This document shows, in pieces, positions 26,305 through 40,458 of a DNA stretch of 64,000 nucleotides (position 1 is its first letter; every line of letters starts with the position of its first letter). The position numbers and the translations under genes are program-made. The notes under the pieces were generated by a model, which saw nothing but the letters and a program-made list of their open reading frames with translations, did not search any database and was not told the origin of the DNA. Source of the DNA: Rhina ancylostomus (Eukaryota); contig JARFYF010000063.1 of the NCBI GenBank assembly GCA_030265395.1, forward strand, positions 44,275,175 through 44,339,174. Direction: 5' to 3'.

Positions 26305-27737
26305 AAACATATCATTGACGTATGTCGTGAAATTTGTTGTGCGGCAGCAGTACAGTGCAAGACATGAAGACAAAAAAATTACTATAAGTTACAAAAATAA
26401 ATAAAAAGTGCAAAAAAGGAGTAATGAGGTAGTGTTCATGAGTTTATGGACCACTTAGAAATCTGATGGTGCCGATAAAGAAGCTGTTCCAGAAACATTG
26501 AGTGTGGATCTTCATAATCCTGTACCTCCTCCCTGATGGTAGTAATGTGAAGAGGGCATGTGAAGAGGTGAAGGTCCTTAATGATGGATGCTGCCTTCCC
26601 GAGGCACTGTCTCTTGAAGATGTCCTCGATGGTTGGGGGGTGGGGCGGCGGGGGGAAGGAGGTGGTGGTGAGAGTTGTGCCTATGATGGAGCTGACTGAG
26701 TTGACGACCCTCTGTGGCCTCTTTTGATCCTGCACATTGGAGCCTCCTCATCANNNNNNNAGAATGTTCTCCACCACACATCAATAGCACTTTTGAAGAG
26801 CCTTTAGTGACATACCAAATATCCTCAAACTCCTTATGAAGTAGAGCCACTGGCATGCCTTCGTGATTGCATCAATGTGTTGGGCCCAAGATATATCCTC
26901 TGAGATGTTGATGCCCTGGAACTTGAAGCTGCTCACCCTTCCCTTTCCACCGCTGACCTCTCAACGAAAACTGGCGTGTGTTCTCCTGACTTCCTGTTCC
27001 TGAAGTCCACAATCATTTCCTTGGTCTCGCTAACGTTGAGTGCGAGGTTGTTGTTGCTACACCACTGATCTGTCTCACTATTGTATGCCTCCTCATTTCC
27101 ATCTGAGATTCTGCCAACAACAGTGGTGTCATTGGTGAATTTGTAGATGGCGTTTGAGCTGTGCCTAGCCACACAGTCATGAGTGTTGAGAGAGTAGAGC
27201 AGTGGGCTAAGCCCGCATCCTTGAGGTGCGCCTGTGTTGATTGTCAGCAAGGAGGAGATGTTATTACCAATCCGCACTGACTGGTCTTCTGATAAGGAAG
27301 TCGAGAATCCAGTTGCAGAGGGAGGTACGGAGGCCCAGGTTTTGAAGCTTGTTGATTAGTACTAAGGGGATGATGGTGTTGAACACAGAGCTGTAATCAA
27401 TAAACAGTGGCCTGGCATATGTTTTGGTGTTGTCGAGGTGCTCCAAAGCAGAGTGGAGAGCTAGTGAGATTGCATCTGCTGTAGACCTATTGTGGTGGTA
27501 GGCAAGTTGCAGCGGGTCCAGGTCCTTGCTTGGGCAGGAGTTAGTTCTAACTATGACCAACCTCTCAAAGCACTTCATCACAGTAGGTGTGAGTGCTACT
27601 GAATGATAGTCATTGAGGCAGCTCACCCTGCCCTTCTTGGGCACCGGTTTGATTGATGCTCTTTTGAAGCAGGTGGGAACCTCTAACTGCAATAGTGAGA
27701 AGTTGAAGATGTCCTTGAACACTCCAGCCAGTTGCTT
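26305..27737 (-). mobile_element. Rex1/Babar-type LINE, 5'-truncated
   Basis: RT ORFs 27264..27800 ([25 protein letters not shown]) and 26933..27277; same 3'UTR as the 22387 copy. Confidence 0.88.
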
Positions 27738-27799
27738 ATGACATTTATTTTTTACTGTATTAATACTGCCTTGCATTATAAGCCTTGGCTTACTCAACA

Positions 27800-28500
27800 T
27801 TCTGTACTTTTGGTCTCCTGTATGACAGTTGTATAGGCCTTCCTCCTTGCTTTCTGTATGAGTACATCTGGGTCCCTCTGAATGCTAATACCTTTCAGTC
27901 TCTTAGTATTTAATAAATATTCATTGTTTCTATTTTTTCCCCAAAATGGACGACCTTGCATTTTTTCCACATTATATTCCATCTGCCATGTCCTTGTCAA
28001 TTATCTTAATGTGTCAGTATCCCCTGAAGCCTTTCTTCATTCTCCTCACAGACCACAGTAACATCCGGCTTTGTACAACAGCAGACTTCTTAAGATGCAT
28101 TAGGTCCACATACAAATTCTTGATACAAATTGTGAACAGCTAAGGACTCAGCATTAAATCCTGTGGCACCCCATTATTCACAGCCCCCAACTCTGAAAAT
28201 GATCCAACTTTTATTACTGTTTTCTGTCATTCTCAATGCATGCCATTATATTACTTCAATACCATGTTCTTTAACTTTGTTTAATATCATCTTACATGGT
28301 ACCTTATCGAAAGCCTTCTGAAAATGCAAATGGATCACATCAACTGGTTTGCCCTTTGCTATTCTGATAATTACATCAATTTCACAACAGACTCATCAAA
28401 TGTGATTTCCCTTTTGTAAATACATGTTGATTCTGCTTGGTGGTCCTCTTATTTTCTAAACACACAGGTGTGACTTCATTAATAATAGGTTCCATCATTT
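27800..28500 (-). mobile_element. Decayed CR1 fragment
   Basis: ORF 27794..28000 WQMEYNVEK...; RT-region remnants. Confidence 0.7.
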
Positions 28501-28574
28501 TCACCACCTTAAGTTAATCTTTGCATTGTTTTGTAATTTTTTTTTCTCGTTGAAATCTTTGACATGTTCTCTAG

Positions 28575-28658
28575 GCTTTTACCACCGATTTTAGAGTTCA
28601 CTGGGCCCAACACCCTCTTCGACCTGAATTTGCTGAAAGTACCTATTTCTTATATAAG
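28575..28658 (+). CDS. EDEM3: EDEM3 exon 12 (84 nt; [28 protein letters not shown])
   Basis: ctctag| and |gtaagt; GH47 motif LRPEFAES. Confidence 0.97.
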
Positions 28659-28799
28659 GTAAGTTTCTGCTTTTTCATGGAATACTTTGATATAAAATAC
28701 AAACGTGCTTCATTTAAATGATATCTGAAAAATGCAAGAATTCTTGAACAATTCTGGAACAGTAGCTGTTATTTAAGTGTTAATTATTGCTACCATCAG

Positions 28800-28924
28800 G
28801 CTACCGGGGATAAATATTACTTGGAGGTGGGAAAGAGTATCATTGAGAACCTGAATAAGTATGCACGTGTACCATGTGGCTTTGCAGCAATGAAAGATGT
28901 TCGTACAGGAAGCCATGAAGACAG
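28800..28924 (+). CDS. EDEM3: EDEM3 exon 13 (125 nt; [42 protein letters not shown])
   Basis: atcag| and |gttagt, just before an N gap. Confidence 0.96.
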
Positions 28925-30886
28925 GTTAGTNNNNNNNNNNNNNNNNNNNNNNNNNNNNNNNNNNNNNNNNNNNNNNNNNNNNNNNNNNNNNNNNNNNNNN
29001 NNNNNNNNNNNNNNNNNNNNNNNNNNNNNNAGGTTAGTCCCTGAACTATTCCCTATTGGTTCTTTCTTCCTTCACTGATGTATGCTTTAAAATGCTTGAA
29101 TCCCCTTACAGATCCCAATGGAACACCACCTATCACATCCTGGTAATCAGTGTTAATTTTATTCTTATCATTCTGTTTCTAATAATAAATTACCAAACCA
29201 TGTCACAAAGTTATCTCCAAGCCTGTGTGTTCGTATGTAATGGAAATAGACATTTATTGCAGTGTTGTTATTCACCCCATCATCTCCATTTCAACTGGAA
29301 ATAAAAGTAATTTGGACTGATCTGTATTCCCAGCTTTTGGTTTTTAGTTTTGTAAGTTATGTCATACTAGATGCTCATAAAGGTACTTAAATATTATGTT
29401 TTCAGTCTTCGTCACCCTTTTGAGGCAGTTGTTTCCAGAGCACAATCAGTCTGAGTGAAAGTAATTTTTGTCAATATCCTCTGATTCTTTTCTTCCTAAC
29501 CTTAAATCTTTACAACCTGTTTTTGAACTCTGCTATTGGGAACTGTGTCATTCCTGTTTACCCTAGCCAGGCCTAATTAGAGTTTATGCTTATGATTTAT
29601 ATCATTCTTGTATTCCATGCCTTGGCCAGTAAAATCCTGTATGTCCTTTTAATCTATCCAACCTGACATTTTTGTGGGTGGAGGTAGAAGGATTTCTGTT
29701 GTTTTTGACAACATTCTGCACAAAAAACTTTTTTTTTTAATCAAAAGCATTCTCAGCTTTTTTAACTCTTGAGTAATAACAATGATAGTGAGAGGGATGT
29801 TTTAATATCATTTATAAGAGGCAAAATTTTTAATCTTGAAATTGGATGGAACAAAAACAACAAACAGTGCAAAAATCTCTCCATTTTACAACCATTTCTT
29901 GACATCTTGTGTGAACCTTAAAAACTGGCATAAAAGTGTTATCCTGAATTCCCTAAATCTGTGCTGTCATACTGTATGATCTTGGTTAGAAATATGTAGT
30001 GATTGCAGTAACGCACAGGTATTATGAAAGATGTACTACAGTGTGGCTCTTCTTGGAAAGTTTTTTTTTTCTACAGTTCATGAGTCAACTTCCAAACTGC
30101 AGCCTACAACCATGAAGGCATGTAATAAAGTATTTATGTTGGCCTAATTCTTAGTTGCTTCCTGTCCTTTGTCTCTTTTGTCTTGATATTTAGTTAGGCT
30201 TTTGGCAAAATAACTAGGTAAATGAGCATCAGGACACATTTGTCAGGATGAGATACTGGGTTATCTTGGTTTCTGTAACATTTCATTATCCAAATGTCAA
30301 TGTATTATGAGATGCATATAAACTTAAAGGATTTATTAACTAAGTAGCCAGTCTAAACAACGATAGAAAATCTGTTCACAGACCCATCGTTTATTTTCTC
30401 CCTGAAAAGGGAAGACAACAGAAGTGTGACTCTTGGGAATCAATCAAATCATTTTTAACTGACAAAACATTTTGTTTTCTCTGTTCATGATAGATCAATT
30501 ATTAGATCAATTATTTCAAACTTTCTTCCCGAGTTAATTAGGTTTTCAAACANNNNNNNNNNTTTCTCCAACTGGTGGATAGATATCCTCTAATATATAC
30601 TAATTTGAATACCAAACCCCTTAAATTTAAATGGGAGCCATGAGTCAATTATGAACTGACTTAATTATGAGGCTGAACAATTTTAAGAATTGTGTCTCTC
30701 AATACCTTTGAACTTGTTACCACAGAATATTCAACAACCCAGATATCTATGTGACTTGGGCATGCTGCCATGTGACTGAGTTTTAAAGTGACACAATCCC
30801 AAACAAAGCTGGAGAAAAATGCATCACTTTTATTACACTTCAATGTAGATAAAAGTTTATTTTTAATATTTTCTCTTTTTACACAG

Positions 30887-31049
30887 AATGGATTCCTTTT
30901 TCTTGGCTGAAATGTTCAAATATCTGTTCCTTCTCTTTGCTGAGAAAGAGGATGTCCTCTTTGACATTGAGGATTATATCTTTACCACTGAGGCCCACCT
31001 GTTGCCACTTTGGCTCTCTACAAACTTCACCAAGAATAAGAAAAATGAG
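30887..31049 (+). CDS. EDEM3: EDEM3 exon 14 (163 nt; [17 protein letters not shown]...[23 protein letters not shown])
   Basis: acacag| and |gtaggt; [12 protein letters not shown] and the Ca-binding TTEAH motif end the GH47 domain. Confidence 0.96.
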
Positions 31050-31994
31050 GTAGGTGACAACACTTACTGGAATTTTGTAAGTGTAGATGGAACATGTTCC
31101 AGGTGAGCGAATTATTGAAAATTACAATTTTAAATCCTTCATCCTCTAACAAAATACATTATACTTTAACTCCTAAACTGCACGTGGTTTATGAGCAACT
31201 GAATTGACATCAAAAGACACTCCAAAATGTTTTTTCCAAAAAGAAATCCACTACCACTGATTTTTGTAAGGAAAATGCCATGTCATATGCAGTGTATGGT
31301 CCCCAATGAGAGAAACACTGATTTTTTTTTTACTTTTGCTGAGTTTGCCCCATGAGGTTATTTTCTTTCCCCTGATTGACCTGCGTTTTTACTGTCTTCT
31401 ATAAATAGTTAAAACAAATTCCAGTTCCTTATGGACTAGATTGCTTAGACATTTAAAACTTGCTATGAAAGAATTTACATGAAGTTGGTTAGATCCAGTT
31501 AATTTATTCTTGCATTGTTTCTCATCCCTGTCTTGTGCTTTTGTTTGTGCATGAATTGAGCACAAAAGTGGGGGGAAAAAAGTACCATTGATGTCAGATT
31601 TAAAACCTTGTGATGGACCCCCATGGACTATCAGCTTGCAATCTGATAATGAGGCCCAGAACACTTGGAGACTTTTAAATTTTATTTTGTGTTTCATCAA
31701 AGTTCCTGCTGGCAGAGAAAGGAATAAGTACCTGCAGCAGCGTTTGGAATTTTGTGTCTGGCGACGAGCAGATTGATTATTCAGCCATTGGATATTTTCA
31801 TGATTTGTTTCTGGTGTGGAGTGACGGTGCCCTTCCAGAGATTATCTAAGGTTCTCATGTGACTGTATGGGATCGCTGAAGTAAAAAAGCTTTTCAACCA
31901 AAACAAAATCATGTCCTTCTAGATACTCTGATGTGGTCTAGTTTATATTTAGAATTGTCCTCTACATCAGATGATGCAGAAAATTTCATTATTC

Positions 31995-32170
31995 CTAAGA
32001 ACATGAATCTAAGAAATAGGAGCAGGAGTAGATCATTGGCCCTTGTGCCTGCTCCAGCATTCAGTAAAATCGTGGCTGAATTTTCATCAAAGAATCACCA
32101 CTCTCTGGTGAAGAAATTTCTCCTCCGCTCAGTCCTGAATGGCTGTCCCCTTTGAGGGTGTGATCCTTGG
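31995..32170 (-). mobile_element. CR1 3' tail remnant
   Basis: taagaaataggagcaggagtag...ggcccttgtgcctgctccagcattcagtaa. Confidence 0.6.
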
Positions 32171-33212
32171 GACTCTAGCTCATCAACATTGTACCACACC
32201 AGGGATTCCAGTGCTTACCATCAGTTCTCGTATACTGCATCTACCACACATCACTGGTCTTGCCAGATGTGTCTTAGGACATTTATTTAATGTTGTCTCC
32301 ATTTCCTCTAAGCTCACTGAGGTCCACACTCCCTGTATGATGTGCTAAAAATGTGCTATGCTTTCAGTTTGGAAGCCTTCCAATTAGTGCTCCCAGACAT
32401 CAGTGCCCTTGTGTCATCTGACTTCAATTAACCAGTTCTAGCTGGTTATCTAGGAGGCTAAGGCTACTTGTTTACTCCTGCAATTTAAATGTACAGTGAA
32501 TAGAATCTAATTGTAAATCTAAATTAAACCAATTAAATTTATGAAATGAAAATAAAAGGGCCCCTGCATCCTCAAGTCCACATTCAGTGTGGGCTGCGCA
32601 CAGAGGACACAGGTAAAAACATTTAATTCTGGGAGTCTGACCTGGACTGTTTCTTTGTGGCAACTGTATCATGAACCTGAAACTGACTTCTACAACATTT
32701 GTTGAACCTAACCCAACACGTGTCCAAGTTCTTTTTCCTGGCATCTGAGCACAGGTGAAGCTGTGGACCAAAGGGTTCTCTCCAATCCTAGTGGTCCTGT
32801 TTTCCTGATTTTTTTTTTTCTTTTGTTAGTTCAGAACTCATTGAAGCAATGGAGTCTTTCATTTCCCTTACACCAAATTTTGTACCATCTTGGTTTTTAA
32901 CATTGGAAGGACTAATAACCCCCACATCAGAAATGTACATCCTTTTGTCAATGGTTCACTCAAACATTTGCCAATCTGAATAAGTCACGGCCGAAACTTG
33001 GAAAGCAGGAATTTTGTCAGTACCCCTTTGTCCAAGATATAGTACTAAACAAGCAGATGAAAATCAAAATATCTGCAGACGCTGGAATTCTTTTTCTATC
33101 CACAGATGCTGACTGACCTACCGATTTTTTTTTTCTCTAATATTTTCTGTTTTTACTTCTCAATATGCAGATGCCACATCTGACTGTTCATTTTTTTTCT
33201 CTCTCCTTCTAG

Positions 33213-33367
33213 ACGACAAATTACGCAGACTTGGACGACAACAACTTTGATTGGTCATGCCCTAATACACAAGTTCTATTCCCAAATGATCCCTCTTATG
33301 CCAACAGCATTCGTGAACCTTTCAAAAATGTGGTGGACAAAACTTGCCCAAAGACCAACACGCGACA
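33213..33367 (+). CDS. EDEM3: EDEM3 exon 15 (155 nt; [51 protein letters not shown])
   Basis: ttctag| and |gtaaga; EDEM3 intermediate-domain peptide. Confidence 0.95.
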
Positions 33368-33915
33368 GTAAGAACTACTAATACTAAACTCAGACATTGT
33401 GATATGAGATATGATCATTGTTTGGTCTTTTCTATTGGATTCATTTTTAATATTAAAAGCTTTATTATATTTTGCTGAAAAAAAATGCTTGTATCATGAC
33501 TAAATACATTTACACATCAATGAGCGATCATTTACCAGGCAATATATCTTGTTCCTGTAAATGTACTGCTCGTAAGGTTAGAGTTATTTTAGAACCACAG
33601 AAACAATTTAATATTATAACATTTAGAATACATGTTGTGTTATACTGGGGTCCTGTGTTTCAGTATGGAGCTTTAAGTAAGTTTTAATATATTCAGATTA
33701 CACAGGTTTGCTTTAGTTTAACTGCTTTATTAAATCAGTCTACTTTTTTAAAAATCTTGATCATTTCCACAAATATGAACAAACTCTAACTAAAATTAAA
33801 GATGGTAAGTTACTAAAGAACTTTTCTGTAGGAATGAAAGTGCAGTTCCTCAAATGAACCACCTCCCCCCACCCCAAATATCAGAAATGAAATTGTGATT
33901 TTCTTTTTGTTGCAG

Positions 33916-34072
33916 GGAGATAGGTGGTGATGGTCCTGGGGTCAGGTCACATCTGAGGGCCAGAGATTTTATGGCCAACAATCCTGAACACCTTGATTTA
34001 CTGAAGAAAATGGGAGTCAGCTTAATTCACCTCAAGGATGGCAGAGTCCAGTTGGTTCAGCATGCAAACCAG
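33916..34072 (+). CDS. EDEM3: EDEM3 exon 16 (157 nt; [52 protein letters not shown])
   Basis: ttgcag| and |gtgaag; phase consistent with exon 15. Confidence 0.95.
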
Positions 34073-34759
34073 GTGAAGCTGCAACTATATTTTTGTTATC
34101 GGTCACTTGCCCCTGGCTGGGCATGGTAATCCCCACAAGATGCAGCCAGAGTATCCCATCCTGTTTTCGCTGCCATGCCGAGTTCAGGATCCTTTGGCCC
34201 AGGAAGTGCTTAACGGAAATATGCTATTTAAAGTACTAATTCAGTTATTGTTTATAAAATGGAACTGATAGCAAAAAAGAAAACATGGAGATTCTATGTG
34301 TGGCACTGCAAATGATGACAAATAAATCTATTAAACATAGGCAGATGGCATTTTTATATTATCGCTAGATGAACCAGAAATAACAACTCGGTACATTTTT
34401 TAATGGATTCTTCATCAAAGCAAAATGTTTGCTGAAACATGGAAGAACAGTTTTAAATGGAATTCTATGGTTAAAATGTCAGTGTTCCTTTTGTGATCTG
34501 CAGTCTGAGAGCAAATGCAAAGTACACAGTCTAACTATGCCTCAGAAGTATTCTCCATTCTTTATATCAAAACATAAACTATGAAACCAAATAGAAGGGT
34601 AATAGTTTGCACAGATTAGCAGCGAAACATTTGTTTTTACTAAAACACTGCATGTTCAAAGGATGGAAGTAGAAGCAAAAATGACAAATTACTGCCTTTT
34701 GTGTCAAGGGAAGAATGAATCCAGTAACAAGTGAATAACATGTTTTTCTCCTCCCTCAG

Positions 34760-34951
34760 GCAGCAAGTGCACATGATGCAGAGGATGGCCTGCGTTTTAT
34801 GCAGGAGATGATTGAATTGTCTAGTCAACAGCAGAAAGAGCAGCTGCCACCTCGGGCAGTGCAAATCATCTCTCCTCCATTCCTTGGTCGAGTGGTACTC
34901 ACAGCTGGACCAGCACAGTTTGGAACAGAGCTTTCCAAAATTACCAGTGGG
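34760..34951 (+). CDS. EDEM3: EDEM3 exon 17 (192 nt; [35 protein letters not shown]...[17 protein letters not shown])
   Basis: cctcag| and |gtatgg; AGPAQFG precedes the PA domain. Confidence 0.95.
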
Positions 34952-35286
34952 GTATGGGTTTACTAATATTAATTGCTGTTTGAATACTGATATATTTGAA
35001 TTTGATAGTTTTGGTATAAACATATTTAACAGCATTACTGAAATACATGTATGAAGTTGTCATTTTACAGAGCCCATGCAGCAAGGAAATGGGGCCTTGG
35101 GTCCTCAGAAACTGTGCGGACCAACGAGTACTCAGTAACACTAGTCCTGACTTATTCTCCCTATGTTCCATCAGCTACCCCAGATTCTAATACTTAGCTA
35201 GCCAATTAACCAATCAACCTGCATATTTTTGGGATATGTAAGGAAGCTGTTAACACCAGGAAGAAACCTATACTATCACGGAGAAA

Positions 35287-35884
35287 GAATCAGGTTAATT
35301 ATCACTGACTTGTATGTTGTGAAATTTGTTGTTCTGTGGCAGCAAAGACAAAATTACTATAAATAATAAGTAAGTAGTACAAAATAAGGAATAACGAGGT
35401 AGTGTTCATGGACCGTTCAAAAATCTGATGGCAGAGGGGAAGAAGCTGTTTCTGAATCATTGAGTTTGGGTTTTCGGCTCCTGTACCACCTCCCTGATGG
35501 TAGTAACGAGAAGAGGGCATATCCTGGATGGTGAGGGTCCTTAATGATGGACACTGCCGCCTTGAGGCACCACTTCTTGAAGACGTCTTTGATTGGGGAG
35601 GGTTGTGCCGTAGTGGAGCTGGCTGAGTCTACAACCCTCTGCAGCCTCTTGCGGTCCTGGATATTGGAGGCTCCCGACCAGGCTGGGATGCAACCAGTCA
35701 GAATGCTCTCCACTGTATATCTATAGAAATTTGCAAGAGTTTTCGGTGACAAACTCCCTAACAAAGTCGAACCACTGGGTGCCGCCTTCATGATTGCATC
35801 GATGTGTTGGGTCCAGGATAGATCCTCTGAGATGTTGATGCCCAGGAATTTGAAGCTGATCACACTTTCCATCGCTGACCCCTC
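35287..35884 (-). mobile_element. Rex1/Babar-type LINE 3' fragment, running into an N gap
   Basis: FKFLGINISEDLSW...NFYRYTVESILTGCI...IIKDPHHPGYALFSLLPSGR in ORF 35417..36145. Confidence 0.85.
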
Positions 35885-38471
35885 NNNNNNNNNNNNNNNN
35901 NNNNNNNNNNNNNNNNNNNNNNNNNNNNNNNNNNNNNNNNNNNNNNNNNNNNNNNNNNNNNNNNNNNNNNNNNNNNNNNNNNNNNNNNNNNNNNNNNTGA
36001 GGTAACAACAAATGACTGTGCCACTGTATTCATAGAGAGGCAAAAATATTTTACCTTTAAGTACAGTTTGAAAGGAGGAAGTTGTACTTTTATTAAGGGT
36101 TATTCTGCAGGAGAAACACAATTGAAGTGGTAAAATCCAGACCACTGCTATAAAATGTTTATCTGGAAGACTTGTATTAAGACAGTGCTAAGATGGAGTT
36201 GATGGAATTTCAGGGTTCACCTGTCTGTTATTGAAGTTGATGCTGGGCGTTGCCAAATGAATGTTTCTTTTAAAAAAAATACACACTCATAAGTAGTATC
36301 TTCTGTTTCCTTATTCTGTCTGGTTGATGGGCAACTGCAGAGTTGCTGGTGAATCTACATGGGAGAGAGGATGAATGCTGTCTTTTAAAGACACAACAGC
36401 AAATGCACATACCGCTGAACCACTGGGTGGTGTCTCAGCTGTCCTGGTGACATTTGGGAGCTCAAAATGCTGTACTGCTGTAATAAAAACTGAAAATGTT
36501 GGAAACGTTCAGCAGTCAGGCAGTAGCTGTGAAGAAAGAGAAACAATTTAGCATTTTGGGTTGACAGACTGCGTTGATGGTCCCTTTGTTCACTCTTATC
36601 CCTTCTATGCTGGTAGCAGTCTAAGCTTGCATAGCAATGAGCTGAGCTACTGTAACAACAGTCTGCTTTTCCTGTGCAGCACCAGCTTGTGATCTTGTGA
36701 AAAGTAAGACATCAGGAAAAGAAGTTTTAACTCCCATGTTTGAGTCCACAAGTGTGCTGGACCTGCCCACCACCTCCCAGCTGGAGTGGATGGATTCCTG
36801 GTTCTGTATAAAGATCTGCACATGGTTGGTGCCGTACTCCCCATTGCAGCTATGCTTTCTGACAGGCCTGCCAAAGCACAAGTTTATTCTTTCCTTCATA
36901 TCATCTATGGGTTGCTCCATTGAAGCCCTCCAACCCGGAAACTTTGGGGTGCGGTTAATGAGTGTATGCAAGAAATTATAAGGTTTTTATGCATGAGTGG
37001 TAAACTGGAGATGAGTTCACTGATTTAGTGAATGGTAGGACAGACTTGTGATCTCACTGTGTTTCAACATAAGCTTTAAGCTAACTTATCATAACATTGG
37101 ACCCTCTTCTGAGACATGCAACGACTCAACATCATGGTTAGCACAAGATGAATAGTATATTCATGTAAATTATCATCACGAGAATGGCACCCATTTCATT
37201 GTCTGTCCAATTTAGCCTCCCCATGTTTCATTAAATTGCTTATACCTTAAGTTTCTGATACCAGCAAATCCAGAAATTCTTATTTAAGCTTTTCCCTTCA
37301 GTTCTACAACAGATCCAGCTCTTTCCAAAACTCCAAGCCCATAAAATTCAAATTGGGTTTGTAGCTTGTCATGCAGCATTGGTCATCAATTAAAGGACTC
37401 TAATCACAAAATCTTTCAAATACAGAATGGAGCTATTGGTCCTAAAGCTGGAATTGTCCAAAAACCAGACATTTCTGAAGGTTTAGTGTTGACCGTTGCA
37501 ATGTTGACCAATTTTTTGGCACTTCATTTACACTTGTCTCCTTTGCTCTCACTCCTCCTGTGCAGCCTAAGGAGCCCAAACTTTGGAATATGATAACAAA
37601 GAAGATTTGATACATAACTTAAAAAAAAATTGTATTTCCAACTTTTGCGTGGTCCAAAATCTGAAAATTCATAACCTGGCACAATCTCTATCCCATGGGT
37701 GCTTGATTTTGGACACCGGACCTGTAAATACTCTCATTGGATCAGCAACAAACCAACAGAGAGCAGGGTTTTCAGGTTTCCTGTTTTAACATCAATGCTC
37801 ATAATTAAATATTCGTTCATTATGTTATTGATAGTGCCAGCCCGTCAGTGGGATCTGAATAAGAGAAATAACAGTACCTGCAACATTGTTTGAAGGCAAG
37901 TGCACAGATTTTACCTTGAGTAGGACGATTTTTAAAATATTAAAGCTTATGCAGAAAAGTTAAAAAGTTTCACCTGTAATTTCCAGAAAGGTTCTCTGAA
38001 CCAACAAGGTATTTTTCTGGAAGGCTAATGGCAGGCAGAGATTTAGAAGACAGAGATTACCATTGACTTATCACAAAAGATTGACAGAAAATTGGGGGGA
38101 GCATGTTATACATTGTATTTCTAGTTTCTAATTAGAACTATGAGAGTTGGAGTGAACAAAGAATTGTGTACACCCGTCACCTGGTCAATGAATGGGAACT
38201 CTGATTAGCTGGACCCTTGGGGTTATTGTCTCCTTGTCCTGGTGCTGTCAGCCATGCACATAGCCCACATGCTAAGAATAGTGAAAATCTGTGCAAAAGG
38301 CTGTGTCGAAATCAACTTTAATACTATCATATTTAAATAAGAAATATTAGATTATAATAGAACAATCTGTTTGTAATCCTTCCTTCAAGGGAGCTTCAAA
38401 GTGGCAGTGCAGACTAACTCACTGTGTAAAAATTAATTACACGTCTCTTTGCATTTCACAATTCTTTATAG

Positions 38472-38637
38472 GTACGAGGTTTTGTTGCAAAGTGTGAGCC
38501 CTACAACGGCTGTTCAGAAGTAACAAATCCTGAAGCAATGAAGGGAAAAATTGCCCTGATGCAACGAGGTCATTGCATGTTTGCTGAGAAAGCACGGAAC
38601 GCACAGAAAGCTGGGGCGATAGGTGGCATTGTTATTG
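38472..38637 (+). CDS. EDEM3: EDEM3 exon 18 (166 nt; PA domain, [16 protein letters not shown]...[30 protein letters not shown])
   Basis: ttatag| and |gtaagg; protease-associated domain motif RGxCMFAEKA. Confidence 0.96.
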
Positions 38638-40272
38638 GTAAGGTGTACAATTCCTGTTTACGCTTTCATACAAAGCATTATTTAGACAGCTGATATTAAA
38701 ATAATGAACATCCCACCGAGTTATTAATGGAAAAGAAATTACTTCAGGTTCACAGGCTGTTACTGATTGGGGTTACTCCATAAATGTTTGTATAGCTTAA
38801 GTGCCATTATGTTATCTAGTATACACGTTGCATTTTAATGCTGGTTTTAATGACCTGCAGACTCAGTATCCTATTTTTCATTCTTTGCCGTAATCTGTCA
38901 CGTTAATTTTTGTAAGTATTCAACCTAATTTTCCTTGATTTCATTGCAGCAATCAACAAAACTGACCTGTTCCATCTGTTGTCTAAATGGGTTGGAGTTC
39001 TCTTGCTTTGGTTTCATTTTATCTATCCATTTGTTGCAATGTCTCTGTGCACTGTCTGTGTCCTGCGATATCCAGAATCCTATAAAAATCTTTTTTTGGC
39101 TCTCTCCTTTGCTATTTGCTGTTCTTGGTGATGTTATTTTTAGGCTTGGATGGCTGATTACACACAGCTTTGTATCTTGTTTCTCTTGATCCTTCCACAA
39201 CCTCTGTGCTATCAGGCTGCCGTGATATCCACTTGTGCTTGAACTGCAATTTCTTCCAGCCAAACAATGAGAAAATGAAAGCCACTGGCTGTACCACAAT
39301 CTCTGTAACATTATCATTGACTCCATTCTCCTCCCAAACCTGTCTGGAGCTGATTCACAATATTTGTGACCTTGTTTTTTTTCCATTCCTGTGTTTAAAT
39401 CCCATTGTCAAAGAAATGTATTACATGACAAGTGCTTGCTGCTTTAAGAATGGTTGCATTAGTTAATGAAAACTGGCCATAATGCTTCACCAAGGGCAGT
39501 ACTGGTTGTGTGTTTAAATTTATGGATCTTGGTCAAATCTGTGTATTGCTGCATATATAAATTAAGTCCATTTATTATTTCTGTTCAAATCGTTGCAATG
39601 ATTGATATTCTCAATTGCATATGATTTTCATTAATGTGCATCAACAAAACTTTTAGGGAATGGACTTTTTAATGTATTTTCGGCACATACCAATTAGATG
39701 CCACATTTTTCAATATTGATTCTTAACACACTTGTCAAAAACAGTGAAGCTGGTTAGTTAAGAATTGTCCTGCTTGAAAATTCTTTCATATTTGTATGCT
39801 GTTTGTAATTGACTAATGTCCTGAAGTTTGCTTATGGTAAAGCTCTACTGCAGTGGAGACCAAATTTAATGGGGTGAATATCACTGTATGCATGGCTATA
39901 AGGAAGCTATTTCTAGTGAGCCCAAGCCCATAACATGGAGTGCCCTATATCTGGCACTGTCTAACCATCTTGTAGAGAGAAAAACACAAAAGTAAACATG
40001 TTCTTTACTGGAACATAGACTTGAGACAATGTTAGGACAGACTGGATTGATTTTTCCATAACCTAAATACGGAAAATGATCCCTCAGTGACCACTTTCAC
40101 AATGTTGAATGTGAGGTTCAGTCATCTCCACAACCTGAGATGGACCAAACCACTCTATTTGCTGTCATCTGTTCATTCTGTTATGCAGAAGAACAGAATC
40201 TAGTAGGTACTGAAGATTTCAGTTGTCCAGGTGCATGCTTCTGTTGTTTTAACGGAATTTACTCTTGGGCAG

Positions 40273-40458
40273 ATGACAATGAAGGGAGCAGCAGTGATAC
40301 GGCCCCCCTCTTCCAGATGGCTGGTGATGGAAAGAACACTGATGATGTTACAATCCCAATGCTTTTCCTCTTCAATAAAGAAGGAAATATCATCCTTGAT
40401 GCCATGCAGGAACATCAGGAAGTAGAAGTGCTGCTCTCCGATAAAGCTAAGGATAGAG
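40273..40458 (+). CDS. EDEM3: EDEM3 exon 19 (186 nt; [20 protein letters not shown]...[12 protein letters not shown])
   Basis: ggcag| and |gtaaat; inside ORF 40140..40559. Confidence 0.96.

Noticed and set aside
38925-39466. Overlapping ORFs, including a 153-aa - strand ORF and a hydrophobic 84-aa + strand ORF
   Set aside because: No family motifs, and EDEM3 exons 18 and 19 join in frame without them.
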